Position numbers and translations under genes: made by a program. Source: Eledone cirrhosa (Eukaryota). Taken from it: a DNA stretch of 64,000 nt. Positions 62,690 through 64,000 of this stretch are shown piece by piece; the stretch's first letter is position 1, and every line of letters begins with the position of its first letter. Under the pieces are notes generated by a model that worked only from the letters and a program-made list of their open reading frames with translations, searched no databases and was not told the DNA's origin. The DNA lies in NCBI GenBank assembly GCA_964016885.1, contig CAXHJY010001472.1:62001-126000 (forward strand). The letters run 5' to 3'.

Positions 62690-64000
62690 TTCTGATGCAG
62701 ACATCATGTCCGCCATCAGGTCCTTCCCAGCTAGCAGCTGCGGAGATGTTGATGGTCTCTGACCAGGCCTCCTCAAGGAGTTCATATCTCCCCTCTCCGC
62801 TGAGGCCGGGCGCCGCCTTCTGAGTGCAATTGTGGCGCTCACCAATACGCTCATCCATGGCGCCCTGGACTCTTATGCTCGAGGCCTCTTTTTTTCGGCC
62901 AGCCTCACCGCTCTCAGGAAGAAAGAGGATGGCATACGCCCCATTGCTGTGGGCAATGTCTTCCGGAGGCTGGCTGCCAAGGTAATCTGCAAGTCCGTAA
63001 CACTCGGAACCGGCATCCAGGGCCTCCAGCCACCTCATTGTCAAGTTTGACATGAGGAATACCTTCAACTCTTTACGCTGGGATCATCTGCTCGAGGCCT
63101 GCCTCAGCCGAGCCCCCTCTGCCTACCTGTCATATGGAGCCCCAAGCATGCGCCATGCTGCTGATACGGTCATACCCTTGGCTACTGGGATCCAACAGGG
63201 CAACCCTTTGGGACCCCTCCTGTTCACCCTTGGTATTGACCACATCGCCTGGAGTATAACGGCCCCTCTCAACGTTTGGTATCTGGATGATGCTACTTTG
63301 GGTGGGCCCGTACAGGCGGTCTGCCATGACCTTCAATCGGTGGTTCCTGCCCTGGCGGGAATCGACCTCCAGGTCAACTCAGCCAAGTCGGAGGTGGTGA
63401 ATGTCAGCCTCGATGCTGCAAGCTTTGCAGTCTCCGTCTTGGACGTGCGGTCCATTCTCCGCCAGGTTCAGGTGACCCCCCAAAGAGGATGCCCTCACCG
63501 ATCCACCCGCCGGCCATCCGCTCCTCCATCAAGTCCAGACTCTCACGAGCCGACTGGGCTTGATTGATGGCCACCCAGTTCTCTTTCTGCTGAGGAACTG
63601 CTACGCCATGCCGAAGCTCCTCTATACACTCTGTGCTACACCTAAACTTGTATCCGAGCAGCAGCCGATGAGATATGCAACTTTACCTGTCAGGTATGGC
63701 GACCTTCGCCTCCAGTCCCCGATCTCACTAGCTTTGCCGGCACATCTTTCGTCGGTAACCTCGTACCACGTCCTCCTCAGCAGGGTTCTTCAAAACACAA
63801 CAGAACCCTCTGTGTTCAGAGAACGCGTGGCCGCCTGTGAGACGTGGGACCGGCTGGGACTTAGCCCAGTAGACGTTCCTCCTCCTTCTCCCCCTGTTGA
63901 CGTCAAGTCCCCCCCAACACACTTGGGATGCCATCCAGTGCAGCCTGGCCTCAGACAGGCTCACGTGCCAGCTCGACCAGCACCGCCTTGTTTGTTTTCG
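62690..64000 (+). mobile_element. CRE-clade-like non-LTR retrotransposon RT remnant (runs off the window)
   Basis: ASLTALRKKEDGIRPIAVGNVFRRLAAK, NTFNSL, GIQQGNPLGPLLF, WYLDDATLGG, LQVNSAKSEV. YLDD and GIRPIAVG motifs are typical of the CRE clade; GC-rich relative to its flanks. Confidence 0.8.

Overview
Repeat-dominated eukaryotic DNA, AT-rich and full of (TA)n/(TATG)n/(AAT)n microsatellites. The RTE LINEs and tRNA-SINEs suggest a mollusc, probably an octopus or other coleoid cephalopod (inference). No intact host protein-coding gene is visible. Positions 1-39021 are a head-to-tail macrosatellite of about 10.7 nearly identical units of about 3.65 kb, running off the left edge. Each unit is a mosaic of rearranged RTE fragments in both orientations, a short SINE-like piece, an 18-bp inverted repeat, and an AT-rich block with a run of well-formed minus-strand splice sites (candidate short non-coding exons). 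The array ends inside an RTE fragment that continues as an older, diverged partial copy of the unit (39022-40612), which points to an unequal-crossover origin. The remainder is a transposon graveyard: pogo/Tigger, Gypsy integrase and Merlin/ISXO2 remnants, a near-full-length but frameshifted RTE with a PHD-type finger inside its RT, further RTE copies, two tRNA-SINE families, a CR1-type RT and a CRE-type (YLDD) RT. It also holds Penelope-type hammerhead ribozyme motifs. Two of these share a non-canonical CCGAUGA core, and one is overlapped by a 68-bp inverted repeat. All alignments were done by eye and no database search was run.
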